Under the pieces are notes generated by a model. That model worked only from the letters and a program-made list of their open reading frames with translations. It made no database searches and was not told the origin of the DNA. From assembly GCA_964391975.1 (NCBI GenBank), contig CAYMNZ010000001.1, positions 418,064 through 482,063 of the forward strand: 64,000 bases of DNA. The letters are read 5' to 3'. Source of the stretch: an uncultured Candidatus Saccharibacteria bacterium (GTDB lineage: Bacteria > Patescibacteriota > Minisyncoccia > Phycocordibacterales > Phycocordibacteraceae). Each line of letters starts with the position of its first letter. Positions within the stretch are counted from its first letter, which is position 1. The position numbers were made by a program, and so were the translations under genes. Positions 48,202 to 57,099 of this stretch are shown piece after piece.

Positions 48202-50196
48202 GTGGAGGAAATGAGTGCAGAAGACAAAGAGATCTACGAAGGCCCTATAAGCATCACCCGGACCGCTAAGGGCTTCTTTACCTACGACCCTAACAAGGAC
48301 GACCTCTATATACCCTCAGAGGCCCTGGGAAGCGCCTTCCCTGGCGACATCGTAAAGGTAGTGGTCACCGGCTCCTACAACGACCCTAAGACCCGTGAGA
48401 AGCGCCTTGCCGGCAAGGTGGTGGAAGTGGTCTCCCGCACCCGCGAGACTTTCGTTGGGAAGCTCGTTGAAGACGAGGGCCGCATTCTCCTTATTCCTGA
48501 CTGGAAGAAAATGTACGTGCCGTTTGAGGCGCGCGGCGAGAACCTCCCGCTCGGACACAAGGTGGTGCTCAAGTTCAAAGGATGGGACACACATCCTGGA
48601 TTCCCGTGGGGCGAGGTCACCGAAGACATCGGTGTTGCCGGCATCCACGAGACGGAGATGCGCGCACTCGCGCTTTCACAGGGCTTCAGTTCTGAGTTCC
48701 CTCCTGGCGTCATCGCTGAAGCTAAAAAGCTTGAAGAAACCGGCGAGGCAATGATTGCTGAGGAAGCGAAGACTGTCATTCCGTGGGATGAGAACAAGAC
48801 CTCGCAGGCGCGTCGAGACTTCCGTGGCATCACCACGTTTACCATCGACCCAGCAGACGCTAAGGACTTCGACGATGCACTCTCGGTCAGGAAGCTCGAT
48901 AACGGAGATGTTGAAGTAGGCATACACATCGCCGACGTCTCCTTCTTTGTGCGTCCCGGCTCAATTATCGATACGGAAGCCCGTAAGCGTGCGACCTCTG
49001 TTTACTTGGTCGACCGCACGATTCCCATGCTCCCCCACGTGCTCTCGACCAATTACTGTTCGCTCAACCCTGACGTTGACCGCCTCTCCATGGCTGCAGT
49101 CTTCGTGCTTGATAAGGACGCGAATGTAAAAGAGCGCTGGTTTGGCGAGACCATCATCCACTCCGATAAGCGCTTCGCATACGAGGAGGCACAGGACGTG
49201 CTTGATGCAGGTCAGGGTACGCTCTATGACGAGCTCTCCACCATTGCCGCCCTCGCTCGCAAGATTCGCACCGCACGTGTTGCCAAGGGCGCCATTGAAT
49301 TTGATACCGCTGAGGTAAAAATTGAGCTCGACGAAGAGGGTAAGCCTATTGCCGTGCACCTCAAAGAGCGCAAAGAAACTAACCTCCTCATCGAGGATTT
49401 CATGTTGCTTGCAAACGTGGGTGTTGCCGAAGAACTTTCCGAGCTCGGTAAGCAAAACGGTAACCAGCCATCCGTCTACCGCATCCACGACGCTCCAGAC
49501 CCGGAGCGCATTGAGAACCTCTCGCAGTTTTTGAAGGTCATGGGCTACGAGCTTCCAGTTGGTGCCACCGGCAAGGTGAAGGGCTCTGATCTCAACAAAC
49601 TCATGGCACAGGTGAAGGGAAAGCCTGAGGAATACCTCATCAAGATGGCCACGCTTCGCTCTATGTCGAAGGCCATCTACACCACAAAGAACATCGGGCA
49701 CTTCGGTCTCGCCTTTGACCACTACACGCACTTCACCTCCCCGATTCGCCGCTACCCTGACGTGCTCGTGCACCGCATGCTTAAGAGCTATGTCTCTGGT
49801 GAACCCGTCTCCAAGAACGAAATGGAAGAGCTTGAAAAACTCTCCTATCACTCCTCAGAACGCGAAGTCTCTGCTTCTGAAGCTGAGCGCGATTCCATCA
49901 AGATGAAGCAGGTGGAGTTCCTTGCGGGCCGCATTGGCGAGGACTTCGACGGCGTTATCTCCGGTGTTACCGACCGCGGTATCTATGTTGAATTGAACGA
50001 AACCCATGCTGACGGCATGGTGCGCATGAACGCACTCGGCACCGACTACTTTATCTACGACCAGAAACGCTATCGAGTCGTCGGTGAGCGCACGAAAAAG
50101 GAGTACGCCCTTGGCGACCCTATAAAGGTGAAGCTGGTTGCAGCACGTGTCCCTGAGCGCGAGCTTGATTTCGCACTAGCACTTCCTACTCCTTAG
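48202..50196 (+). CDS. rnr: Ribonuclease R (RNB family 3'-5' exoribonuclease with C-terminal S1 domain)
   Basis: RNB motifs (RDFRGITTFTIDPADAKDFDDALS..., ...RSMSKAIYT..., HFGLAFDHYTHFTSPIRRYPD) and a C-terminal S1-like segment. Confidence 0.9.
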   Translation: MEEMSAEDKEIYEGPISITRTAKGFFTYDPNKDDLYIPSEALGSAFPGDIVKVVVTGSYNDPKTREKRLAGKVVEVVSRTRETFVGKLVEDEGRILLIPDWKKMYVPFEARGENLPLGHKVVLKFKGWDTHPGFPWGEVTEDIGVAGIHETEMRALALSQGFSSEFPPGVIAEAKKLEETGEAMIAEEAKTVIPWDENKTSQARRDFRGITTFTIDPADAKDFDDALSVRKLDNGDVEVGIHIADVSFFVRPGSIIDTEARKRATSVYLVDRTIPMLPHVLSTNYCSLNPDVDRLSMAAVFVLDKDANVKERWFGETIIHSDKRFAYEEAQDVLDAGQGTLYDELSTIAALARKIRTARVAKGAIEFDTAEVKIELDEEGKPIAVHLKERKETNLLIEDFMLLANVGVAEELSELGKQNGNQPSVYRIHDAPDPERIENLSQFLKVMGYELPVGATGKVKGSDLNKLMAQVKGKPEEYLIKMATLRSMSKAIYTTKNIGHFGLAFDHYTHFTSPIRRYPDVLVHRMLKSYVSGEPVSKNEMEELEKLSYHSSEREVSASEAERDSIKMKQVEFLAGRIGEDFDGVISGVTDRGIYVELNETHADGMVRMNALGTDYFIYDQKRYRVVGERTKKEYALGDPIKVKLVAARVPERELDFALALPTP

Positions 50197-51463
50197 CGAC
50201 AATCCTCGTCAGGGCGAGTGCGTACGCTGCTTCCCTGAGAGTCACTCCCCTATCAAGCGCAAAATCTGCAACGTCCCGATAGGCGTTGGCCATAGTTTCC
50301 TCAAGACGGTCGGTGACGGTCGGGCGGTCCCAGACCTCACCGCTTCTGTTCTGTACCCATTCGAAATACGAAACGGTAACCCCGCCAGCGTTCGCAAGTA
50401 CGTCCGGAATAACCACCACACCGCGCTTAGCGAGTATCTCGTCTGCCTCGGGAGTCGTCGGGCCGTTAGCAATCTCGAGCACAATTGAAGCTTTCACGTC
50501 TGCGACGTTGTCAGCGCGTATCTGCTCCTCAAGCGCTGCAGGAACCAGAATGTCGACATTTTCCTTGAGCACCGCCTCGGTATCGAGCATCTGCGCCTTA
50601 TCTTCCTTCATGCGTGCGTCGTCGCATACCCCACCCCTGCAGTAGATATCGCGCAGCGTACCAACGACATCCTTGGTCGCGAGTGTCTTCTCGACGTCAA
50701 CATGGCCCTCGCAAATGAGAGAGCCGCTCCGGTCAGCAATGGCGGTCACGCGCGTCGACATGTTCGCAAAGAGTTGCGCAGCACGTGCTCCCGCGTTCCC
50801 TGCTCCCTGGATGGCAGCGGAAAGCTTTGCTGGGTCACGGTGCTGGTCCTTGAGGAGTGCAGATAACACTGCAATGGCACCGTCAGCAGTGGCTGTGTCG
50901 CGCCCAACGCTTCCTCCCTTATCAAGTGGCTTTCCGGTAATCATTGCAGGCGCTGAGCGTCCGACAATCTTCTCGTATTCGTCGAGCATGATTGCCATGA
51001 TTTCCGGATTAGTCGCAACATCGGGAGCCGGTACGTCGACGTCAGGACCGAGGTTATCGGCAAATGCGCGCACATAGGCGCGCGACACTTCTTCAATCTC
51101 ATGCGCGGAGAGTAGGTGCGGGTCAACTGCAACGCCTCCCTTTCCGCCACCAAACGGAATATCAACAACGGCACACTTGATGGCCATCATCGCGGCAAGC
51201 GACATGACCTCATCCTCGTCAGCGGCGGGATGGAAGCGAATGCCTCCCTTGTACGGACCACGCACGTTATTGAATTGCACGCGGTAGGCCGGGAAGGTCG
51301 CAGTGCCGCCCTGATCAAGAGGAATGGTGAGCTCAGCGCGAAGGACCCGGTCCGGGGTCATCATGCGCTCACGTGCACTTTCCGACAGTCCAAGAAGGTC
51401 CGCTGCTTTCGAGGTGTTGTGCTTGAAGTACTCGAAGGCCCCCATGTTGTTGCGGGTAAGCAT
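50186..51463 (-). CDS. gdhA: Glu/Leu/Phe/Val dehydrogenase family, glutamate dehydrogenase-like
   Basis: Catalytic IPFGGGKGG motif and an NAD(P) Rossmann GAGNAGARAA. Confidence 0.85.
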   Translation of the reverse strand: MLTRNNMGAFEYFKHNTSKAADLLGLSESARERMMTPDRVLRAELTIPLDQGGTATFPAYRVQFNNVRGPYKGGIRFHPAADEDEVMSLAAMMAIKCAVVDIPFGGGKGGVAVDPHLLSAHEIEEVSRAYVRAFADNLGPDVDVPAPDVATNPEIMAIMLDEYEKIVGRSAPAMITGKPLDKGGSVGRDTATADGAIAVLSALLKDQHRDPAKLSAAIQGAGNAGARAAQLFANMSTRVTAIADRSGSLICEGHVDVEKTLATKDVVGTLRDIYCRGGVCDDARMKEDKAQMLDTEAVLKENVDILVPAALEEQIRADNVADVKASIVLEIANGPTTPEADEILAKRGVVVIPDVLANAGGVTVSYFEWVQNRSGEVWDRPTVTDRLEETMANAYRDVADFALDRGVTLREAAYALALTRIVAKE

Positions 51464-51495
51464 ACCCCCGAACCGTCTATGAAGCCTGGGGATAA

Positions 51496-51849
51496 CTAAC
51501 GGCTCCGGCCGTCAAAGGGCATGCGAGTGAGTTTCGTGAGATCTATCCCCTCTATAGTCCTTACGTTGATAGCTGCCCCAAGAGTCCCATCCGGCATAGG
51601 AGCGCGTCCGAAGCACTGGGTCCCGCAGGTCTTACAGAACTGGTGCTTAATCTTCTCGGTATTGAAACGGTACTCCGCGAGGTTGTCTTCCCCTGAAAGG
51701 ATAGAGAGCTTCTCTCCGGGTACGAAGGAGAGCAGGAGTCCCTGAGCTTCGCAGTAGGAGCAGTTGCACTCAACAACAGGCTGCGAGAGGTCTATCTCAA
51801 CCTCGTAGGTAACTGCACCACAATGACATTTGCCTGTTCGTTTTTCCAT
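51496..51849 (-). CDS. GFA-family (CENP-V/glutathione-dependent formaldehyde-activating-like) zinc protein
   Basis: CHCGAV...C..C and CKTCG Zn-binding cysteines in the GFA arrangement. Confidence 0.7.
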   Translation of the reverse strand: MEKRTGKCHCGAVTYEVEIDLSQPVVECNCSYCEAQGLLLSFVPGEKLSILSGEDNLAEYRFNTEKIKHQFCKTCGTQCFGRAPMPDGTLGAAINVRTIEGIDLTKLTRMPFDGRSR

Positions 51850-51850
51850 A

Positions 51851-54061
51851 TTATTTGGCGACCGTCATGGCCTCCTCGAATTTAACTGATAGAAGCTTCG
51901 ATATACCGTCGTTACCCATGGTGACCCCGTAGAGAATACCTGCGCGCGACATCGTCTCGCGGTTGTGCGTGATGACGACCAGCTGCGACTTCTTAGCGAG
52001 GCTCTCAATCATGTCGCCGTAGCGGCGAGAGTTGGCCTCGTCGAGTGCTGCATCCGTCTCATCGAGAATCAAGAATGGTGGCGGGTTCACCTGACTCATG
52101 GCAAAGATGAGCGCGATGGAGGTAAGTGCACGCTCGCCTCCGGAAAGCTGCATCAAAGACTGCACACGCTTCTTTGGGAGGCTCACTGAAATCTCAATAC
52201 CTGCCTTCTGCTGTTTCTTTGGTCCTTCTTCCTGCATCTCTTCCTCCTCGTCTTCTTCAGCGTCATCGAACTCTTCAAGCACGAGACGCGCGCTTCCTCC
52301 TCCGAACATGAGTGCAAAGAATTCACTGAACGATTCGTTCACCTTCTTAAGTCCCTCAGAGAAGGATTTTCCGAGTTCTTCATCAAGGTTGCCGATAAGT
52401 TCACGAAGTCCCTCTGCCGACTTCGCGAGGTCCTCAAGTTCACGAGCAAGAAATTGTTCGCGCTCGCTCGCCTCCTTAAACTCAGTGCGCACCTCCTCTC
52501 CAGTACCTCCCGCTTCTTCCACGCGAATCTTGAGGCGCTCCATCGTCTTCTTACGTTCCTCCTGCACCCGGCGCTCTTCCTCAGGAAGTCTGTCGAGCGG
52601 TGCATAGGAAAGCGCTGCGGCGCCCGCAAGCGCGAGCACCTCAGCACGATCGCGCTCAAGCTCATCAGCAAGCGACTGCAGTTCTCCTTGCCTGCTTTCC
52701 TCCCGCAGCACCGCTGCCTCTTCACGCGCCTTCGCTTCCGCCATATCGAGCACACGGAACTGATTCTCGCGCCCAGTCTCCTCGTGCACTGAGACTGCTT
52801 CGCGTGCTTTGACGAGCGCGTGGCGCGCCTTCTCAGAGGCTGCGGAGAGTTCCTGCTCTCGTGCGGCAAGACCTTTGCGCTCCTCCTCAAGTGTATAGAC
52901 CGCGCGCTCTTCTTCAGCTAGGTATTCGCTTTCTGGCGAGACGAAGCGGTCGAAGAAGGCAGCCACAGCGTTCTTAAGTGCAATGAGCGCAGCACGGAGC
53001 GCACTTGCGTCTGCTCCCTCAGCAACCGTTGCCTGTGCATCAAGCTCCTTCCGAAGTTCACCAAGCTGCTCGCGAGGAACCTTCACATACGGCTCTTCTT
53101 TTACCGCTTCCGCACGACGCTTCGCAGCCTCAAGTGCTCCTTCAACGCGACCCATCTCACGAGAAATAGTTCCCTGCTCGGCAAGCGCGCGGTCTACTTC
53201 GCGCTCTGCAGCACGCACGGCGTCTGCCCTCTTGAGTCCCTCAGTGTCGAGCGTCGCGCGGTCTTGAAGTGGAGCGAGTGCTGCAGTAGCAACCGCAAGA
53301 CGCTCTTTAGCATCTGAAAGGCGCGTGGTTGAAGCAGCCTTCTCACTTCTGACATAGAGTTCCTCGATGGCGAAGTACTCGCGACACGCATCGGTGAGCG
53401 ACTTGATGAGCTCCTCTGCACGCTCAAGCTTCTCTACCTGCTTGCCGAGGAACTTTAGGTGCGGAAGGATTTCACGACGCAGTGCCTCCACCTGCTTTAC
53501 GTTATCCTCGGTCTTCTCAAGCTTGCGTTCTGCCTCCTGTTTTTTGAACTCATAGACCTTGAGGCCAAGTGCGTCCTCGAGCATGGCGCGGCGCTCACGT
53601 GGGTGCGAGAGAAGAATGCGGTCTGCCTCACCTTGAGAAATGATGTGGTGCCCGGTGTCGCCAATGTTCGCGCTGGCGAGCAGTTCCTGCACATCACGGA
53701 GGCGTACCTTCGAGCCGTTGATTGAGTACTCACTCGCCCCATCACGGAAGACGGCACGCTCGATTGACACCTCCTCAAACTCACACTTCGGGAAGATGCG
53801 CTTCTTGTTATCAAATACGACCGACACCGACGCCCGGTTGGACCGTGGCGCAGTGTTAGAACCGCTCCAGATAAGGTCCTCGCTGCGCTTCCCGCGCATG
53901 CTCTTCATAGACTGCTCGCCAAGCGCGAAGCGGAAGGCTTCAGCAACGTTACTCTTTCCTGAGCCGTTAGGGCCCACAATGGAAGTTACGGACGACGAGA
54001 AATCAAGCGCGGTTTTCTTCGCGAATGATTTGAACCCCGCGATCTCAAGTCGCTTTAGCAT
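51851..54061 (-). CDS. smc: SMC-family ATPase lacking a hinge domain (short SMC, 736 aa)
   Basis: N-terminal Walker A GPNGSGKSN, long Glu/Arg/Ala coiled coil, C-terminal signature LSGGERALTSIAL and Walker B FLILDETDAALD. No Gly-rich hinge segment is visible. It sits immediately downstream of rnc. Confidence 0.75.
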   Translation of the reverse strand: MLKRLEIAGFKSFAKKTALDFSSSVTSIVGPNGSGKSNVAEAFRFALGEQSMKSMRGKRSEDLIWSGSNTAPRSNRASVSVVFDNKKRIFPKCEFEEVSIERAVFRDGASEYSINGSKVRLRDVQELLASANIGDTGHHIISQGEADRILLSHPRERRAMLEDALGLKVYEFKKQEAERKLEKTEDNVKQVEALRREILPHLKFLGKQVEKLERAEELIKSLTDACREYFAIEELYVRSEKAASTTRLSDAKERLAVATAALAPLQDRATLDTEGLKRADAVRAAEREVDRALAEQGTISREMGRVEGALEAAKRRAEAVKEEPYVKVPREQLGELRKELDAQATVAEGADASALRAALIALKNAVAAFFDRFVSPESEYLAEEERAVYTLEEERKGLAAREQELSAASEKARHALVKAREAVSVHEETGRENQFRVLDMAEAKAREEAAVLREESRQGELQSLADELERDRAEVLALAGAAALSYAPLDRLPEEERRVQEERKKTMERLKIRVEEAGGTGEEVRTEFKEASEREQFLARELEDLAKSAEGLRELIGNLDEELGKSFSEGLKKVNESFSEFFALMFGGGSARLVLEEFDDAEEDEEEEMQEEGPKKQQKAGIEISVSLPKKRVQSLMQLSGGERALTSIALIFAMSQVNPPPFLILDETDAALDEANSRRYGDMIESLAKKSQLVVITHNRETMSRAGILYGVTMGNDGISKLLSVKFEEAMTVAK

Positions 54062-54077
54062 TTAGAGCAATTATAAC

Positions 54078-54767
54078 CTACCAACCCTTCTTCTTGAGCC
54101 CGTTCCCAGCAGCATCCTGCTCCGCCTCTTGCTTGCTCTTCCCTTTCCCGCGTGCAACTTCCTCGTCTTTCACAAAGACGGCGACGGTGAAATGACGGTC
54201 GTGGTCAGGCCCCGTCTCATCAATGGTCTTGTAATGCGGGGTGGTTCCCTCCTTCTCCTGGGAAGCTTCTTGGAACTTGCTTTTGGCGTCCTGGTACGAG
54301 CGCTTCTCAAGCACGCTGTCGAGCTTCGGATAGAGGTGCTTCTCAAGGAACGTAACCGCGGTGTCGTAGCCCTGGTCCAAATACAAAGCACCGAGCAATG
54401 CCTCAAACGCATTGGCAAGAATAATCTGGCGTGCGCGTCCCGTATCGCGCTTCTCCCCTTTCGACAGAAGCAGCATGTCGTTCATACCAAGGCGCTCGGC
54501 AACCTCGGCAATCGAATAGGTGTTCACCAAAGCCGCGCGGTAGGCAGTGAGGTCGCCCTCTGGTTTCTGTGGGAACTTGTCATAGAGCATGCGCGTAGTC
54601 GCGAGCTCAAGCACCGCGTCACCAAGAAACTCAAGGCGCTCGTTGTGCGCTTTCGAACTCCGGTTTTCATTCAAATAGGAGCGGTGCGTCAACGCCTCCT
54701 CGAGGAGCTCGAGGTCTTTGAAGGTGAGCCCGAGCTTTTGGGCGGCTTCCGTGAAGTCCATACGCAA
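54078..54767 (-). CDS. rnc: Ribonuclease III
   Basis: Signature ERLEFLGDAVLEL and a C-terminal dsRBD. Confidence 0.92.
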   Translation of the reverse strand: MRMDFTEAAQKLGLTFKDLELLEEALTHRSYLNENRSSKAHNERLEFLGDAVLELATTRMLYDKFPQKPEGDLTAYRAALVNTYSIAEVAERLGMNDMLLLSKGEKRDTGRARQIILANAFEALLGALYLDQGYDTAVTFLEKHLYPKLDSVLEKRSYQDAKSKFQEASQEKEGTTPHYKTIDETGPDHDRHFTVAVFVKDEEVARGKGKSKQEAEQDAAGNGLKKKGW

Positions 54768-54823
54768 ACTATGCGGCAGGAGAAAGAAAAAAGAAAGTGT
54801 CGCTGTCTGGGACGATGTTGGAA

Positions 54824-55297
54824 CTACCTTAACTGACGGATATCCTCTAAATCGACTTCTCTTCCCAGTTTCGTCTTATAGGCGATGAGCGGCTCTTTTC
54901 TTAGAACCGGCACCATCAATCCTTCAAATTGTTTCGGTTCGAAATCCATGTCGGATGGTTGAAGCGTCCTTTCCCCTGTCTTTGAGATTATGTACACCTC
55001 TTCTACCTGATTAATGTCGATAGGCACACCGTCTATCTCTAACTTCATTATCCAAATATCGAACTGATCGTCAGGACCTTCCATATCGTTGTTCCAGTCT
55101 TCAGTTATGTAGTCTTCGAAGAGTGAGCGCACCGTTTCTACATCTCTTTTATGTATCTCCAGGTCAATATCGTAGAGAGAGCGATTAACACCATGAATAA
55201 TTGCAGCGAGTCCACCACTTACCTGAAACTCAATATTGTTCTTCTGTAACGTCTCAACGAGACGTTCGAGTACTTCCTTCTGGATTTCCGTTAGCAT
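54824..55297 (-). CDS. Small nucleotidyltransferase (Pol-beta superfamily; ANT(2'')/Lnu-like minimal NTase); markedly low GC
   Basis: GGLAAIIHGVNRSLYDIDLEI aligns with the GG..(x)..R..DIDL pattern of small antibiotic/substrate nucleotidyltransferases. I estimate gene GC at about 42% versus about 58% for the window. Confidence 0.6.
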   Translation of the reverse strand: MLTEIQKEVLERLVETLQKNNIEFQVSGGLAAIIHGVNRSLYDIDLEIHKRDVETVRSLFEDYITEDWNNDMEGPDDQFDIWIMKLEIDGVPIDINQVEEVYIISKTGERTLQPSDMDFEPKQFEGLMVPVLRKEPLIAYKTKLGREVDLEDIRQLR

Positions 55298-55342
55298 TAG
55301 CCTAATTAGACCATAGAAACCTGGCCGCCCAGGGTTCGAACC

Positions 55343-56242
55343 TTACTTCCCCGCCTTATCCAGCAGTTTCTGCACGGCAGCCGTCACAATAGGAAGCATG
55401 TCGTCGTAGAAGTTGAGCGCCCGGATATCTGGAAGCCTGAACCAGCGCGCATCATCAAGTCCCCCGCTCTGCTTGAGGTTGAGCTTCGCAAACTCTGCCT
55501 TCACAAGGAAGAAATAGACGTGCTTGCGAACCTTTCCCTTCTCGGGGTGTGAAGCGATGTACTCGTTCTCACCCACCATGTCTTCAATTGTTCCTTCAAG
55601 ACCAAGCTCTTCCTTCACCACACGAGCAACACCCTCCTCGGGAGTGGCGTCGTTCTCGATGTGCCCTTTAGAGAGCGTCCAGCGCCCGAAGACGTCATGG
55701 ACAAGCGCGACATAGTACTGAGTCTCATGCACCGCGTACACGATGGCGCCACCAAGCTTTTCCATTGGAAGCGTGCTGACATCCACGCGCTCCTTCTTCT
55801 TGCTGGTGTCTTCCTTGCCCGGCTCTCCCATCTCTTTGTAGACAGCGCCCAGCACTCCGTTGATGAAGCGTCCGGAAGAATCTCCGCCGAAAATCTTAGC
55901 GAGTTCAATCGCTTCGTTAATCGCAACCTTCGGCGGCACCTGCGCACGGTCAGCAAAAAGAAGCTCGTAGAGACCAAGTCTCAATATGTTGCGGTCTATC
56001 GGCGCGATGCGGTCGATGGGCCAGTCTGGTGCGGCTTTCTGTATGACAAGGTCGAGGTCATCGCGCTTGGCGAGTACACCCTCAAGGAGAGATTCCATAA
56101 ACTGGCCTTCCGTGTCGTCCCCGCCGAACTCGCGAGTGTTGCGGGCAAGGATGTCGGTGACGTCAGCATCGGCAACGTTGGCCGTATCCCACTCGAAGAG
56201 GGTCTGAAGGACGAGCGAACGCGCGAGATGCCGATTAGCCAT
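55343..56242 (-). CDS. nusB: Fusion protein: N-terminal NusB-family (transcription antitermination) domain plus C-terminal Nudix hydrolase domain
   Basis: The NusB core (ARSLVLQTLFEWD..., RIAPIDRNILRLGLYELLF...PPKVAINEAIELAKIFGGDSSGRFINGVLGAV) continues in the same ORF into a Nudix box GHIENDATPEEGVARVVKEELGLEG. Confidence 0.75.
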   Translation of the reverse strand: MANRHLARSLVLQTLFEWDTANVADADVTDILARNTREFGGDDTEGQFMESLLEGVLAKRDDLDLVIQKAAPDWPIDRIAPIDRNILRLGLYELLFADRAQVPPKVAINEAIELAKIFGGDSSGRFINGVLGAVYKEMGEPGKEDTSKKKERVDVSTLPMEKLGGAIVYAVHETQYYVALVHDVFGRWTLSKGHIENDATPEEGVARVVKEELGLEGTIEDMVGENEYIASHPEKGKVRKHVYFFLVKAEFAKLNLKQSGGLDDARWFRLPDIRALNFYDDMLPIVTAAVQKLLDKAGK

Positions 56243-56286
56243 ATATGGAAAGAACTATTCCAAGAATAGCACACGCCCCAGAGTGT

Positions 56287-56691
56287 CTAGCCCTCCTTGG
56301 GCTTGCCGTACTCAGTACCGATAATTGCGCGTATCCGCTTAAGCAACGCGAACACTTCCTTTCCAGTCTGGTACGCTTCCGTCGCATATCCTTTAGCGAC
56401 AAGCTGCTCAACCGCTTCCTCATAGGAACCGAAAAGAAGTTCTTCATACGTATCGAGGCCCGTAAGATTCCCGATAAGAAGTAGGCTCTTATATTTGCGA
56501 CCAAGGCGGTCTTTTACTTTTCCGATGTGGTTTGCATGCTGAAGCGCACCACTCTCCTGCCGCAGGTCCGCCTCTCGTAGTTGTACACCGAGCTGTTCGA
56601 GCTCCTCTTCAGCTCGGTCCACATACGCGGTGTGATCACGCATCATCTGCTCGATGCTTTCATGCCTCCTTCCTTCCGCGTCCATAGTCAA
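56287..56691 (-). CDS. Hypothetical protein (134 aa)
   Basis: ORF with a good start context; no motif. Confidence 0.45.
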   Translation of the reverse strand: MTMDAEGRRHESIEQMMRDHTAYVDRAEEELEQLGVQLREADLRQESGALQHANHIGKVKDRLGRKYKSLLLIGNLTGLDTYEELLFGSYEEAVEQLVAKGYATEAYQTGKEVFALLKRIRAIIGTEYGKPKEG

Positions 56692-56703
56692 AGTCTAGCA
56701 AAG

Positions 56704-56731
56704 AAAAAGGCCCGCTTTCGCGGGCCTTTTG
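56704..56731. terminator. Bidirectional rho-independent terminator (AGGCCCGC-TTTC-GCGGGCCT flanked by A- and T-runs)
   Basis: Perfect 8-bp GC stem with A5 upstream and T4 downstream, 3' of minus-strand rpmF. Confidence 0.8.
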
Positions 56732-56732
56732 G

Positions 56733-57071
56733 TTACACTCCTCCTCCCATTCCTGAGCGGGCTTTCGCCTTGCCCTTGGTCATACGACCGAGGAGTCCGG
56801 TCTTCTTCTCCTTTGGCTTCTCCTCCTTCTCGAGGTGGACGTGGCCTTCTGCAGGACCAACAGCATCTGCCTTGGCGTAGTCCTTCTTCTCCTTCTTTAC
56901 CTTCGGAGGGGCGATAAGCTTTCCGCGGTACATACCAGTCTTCTCATCAAGGCGGTGTGGCAGGCGGAGGTTGCCCGTCTCCTTGTCGGTGAGAATCTTC
57001 TTGTTCTTGAGGGCATGATGACTCCTACGATTCTTCGTATGGGAGCTCGTGTGGCGCATCCGTATAGACAT
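56733..57071 (-). CDS. rpmF: 50S ribosomal protein L32 with a Lys-rich C-terminal extension (112 aa)
   Basis: N-terminal MRHTSSHTKNRRSHHALK matches the L32 core; about 55 extra residues rich in K/E. Confidence 0.75.
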   Translation of the reverse strand: MSIRMRHTSSHTKNRRSHHALKNKKILTDKETGNLRLPHRLDEKTGMYRGKLIAPPKVKKEKKDYAKADAVGPAEGHVHLEKEEKPKEKKTGLLGRMTKGKAKARSGMGGGV

Positions 57072-57099
57072 AGGCGCTACCTTACCTTATTACCCTCGT

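Noticed and set aside
55318-55345. CCTGGCCGCCCAGGGTTCGAACC, superficially like a tRNA T-arm or att site remnant
   Set aside because: The flanking sequence cannot form acceptor or T stems (CCAGG/CCTTA do not pair). It is only a short inverted repeat plus a GTTCGAAC palindrome in the intergenic space, so I did not call a tRNA or integrase site.
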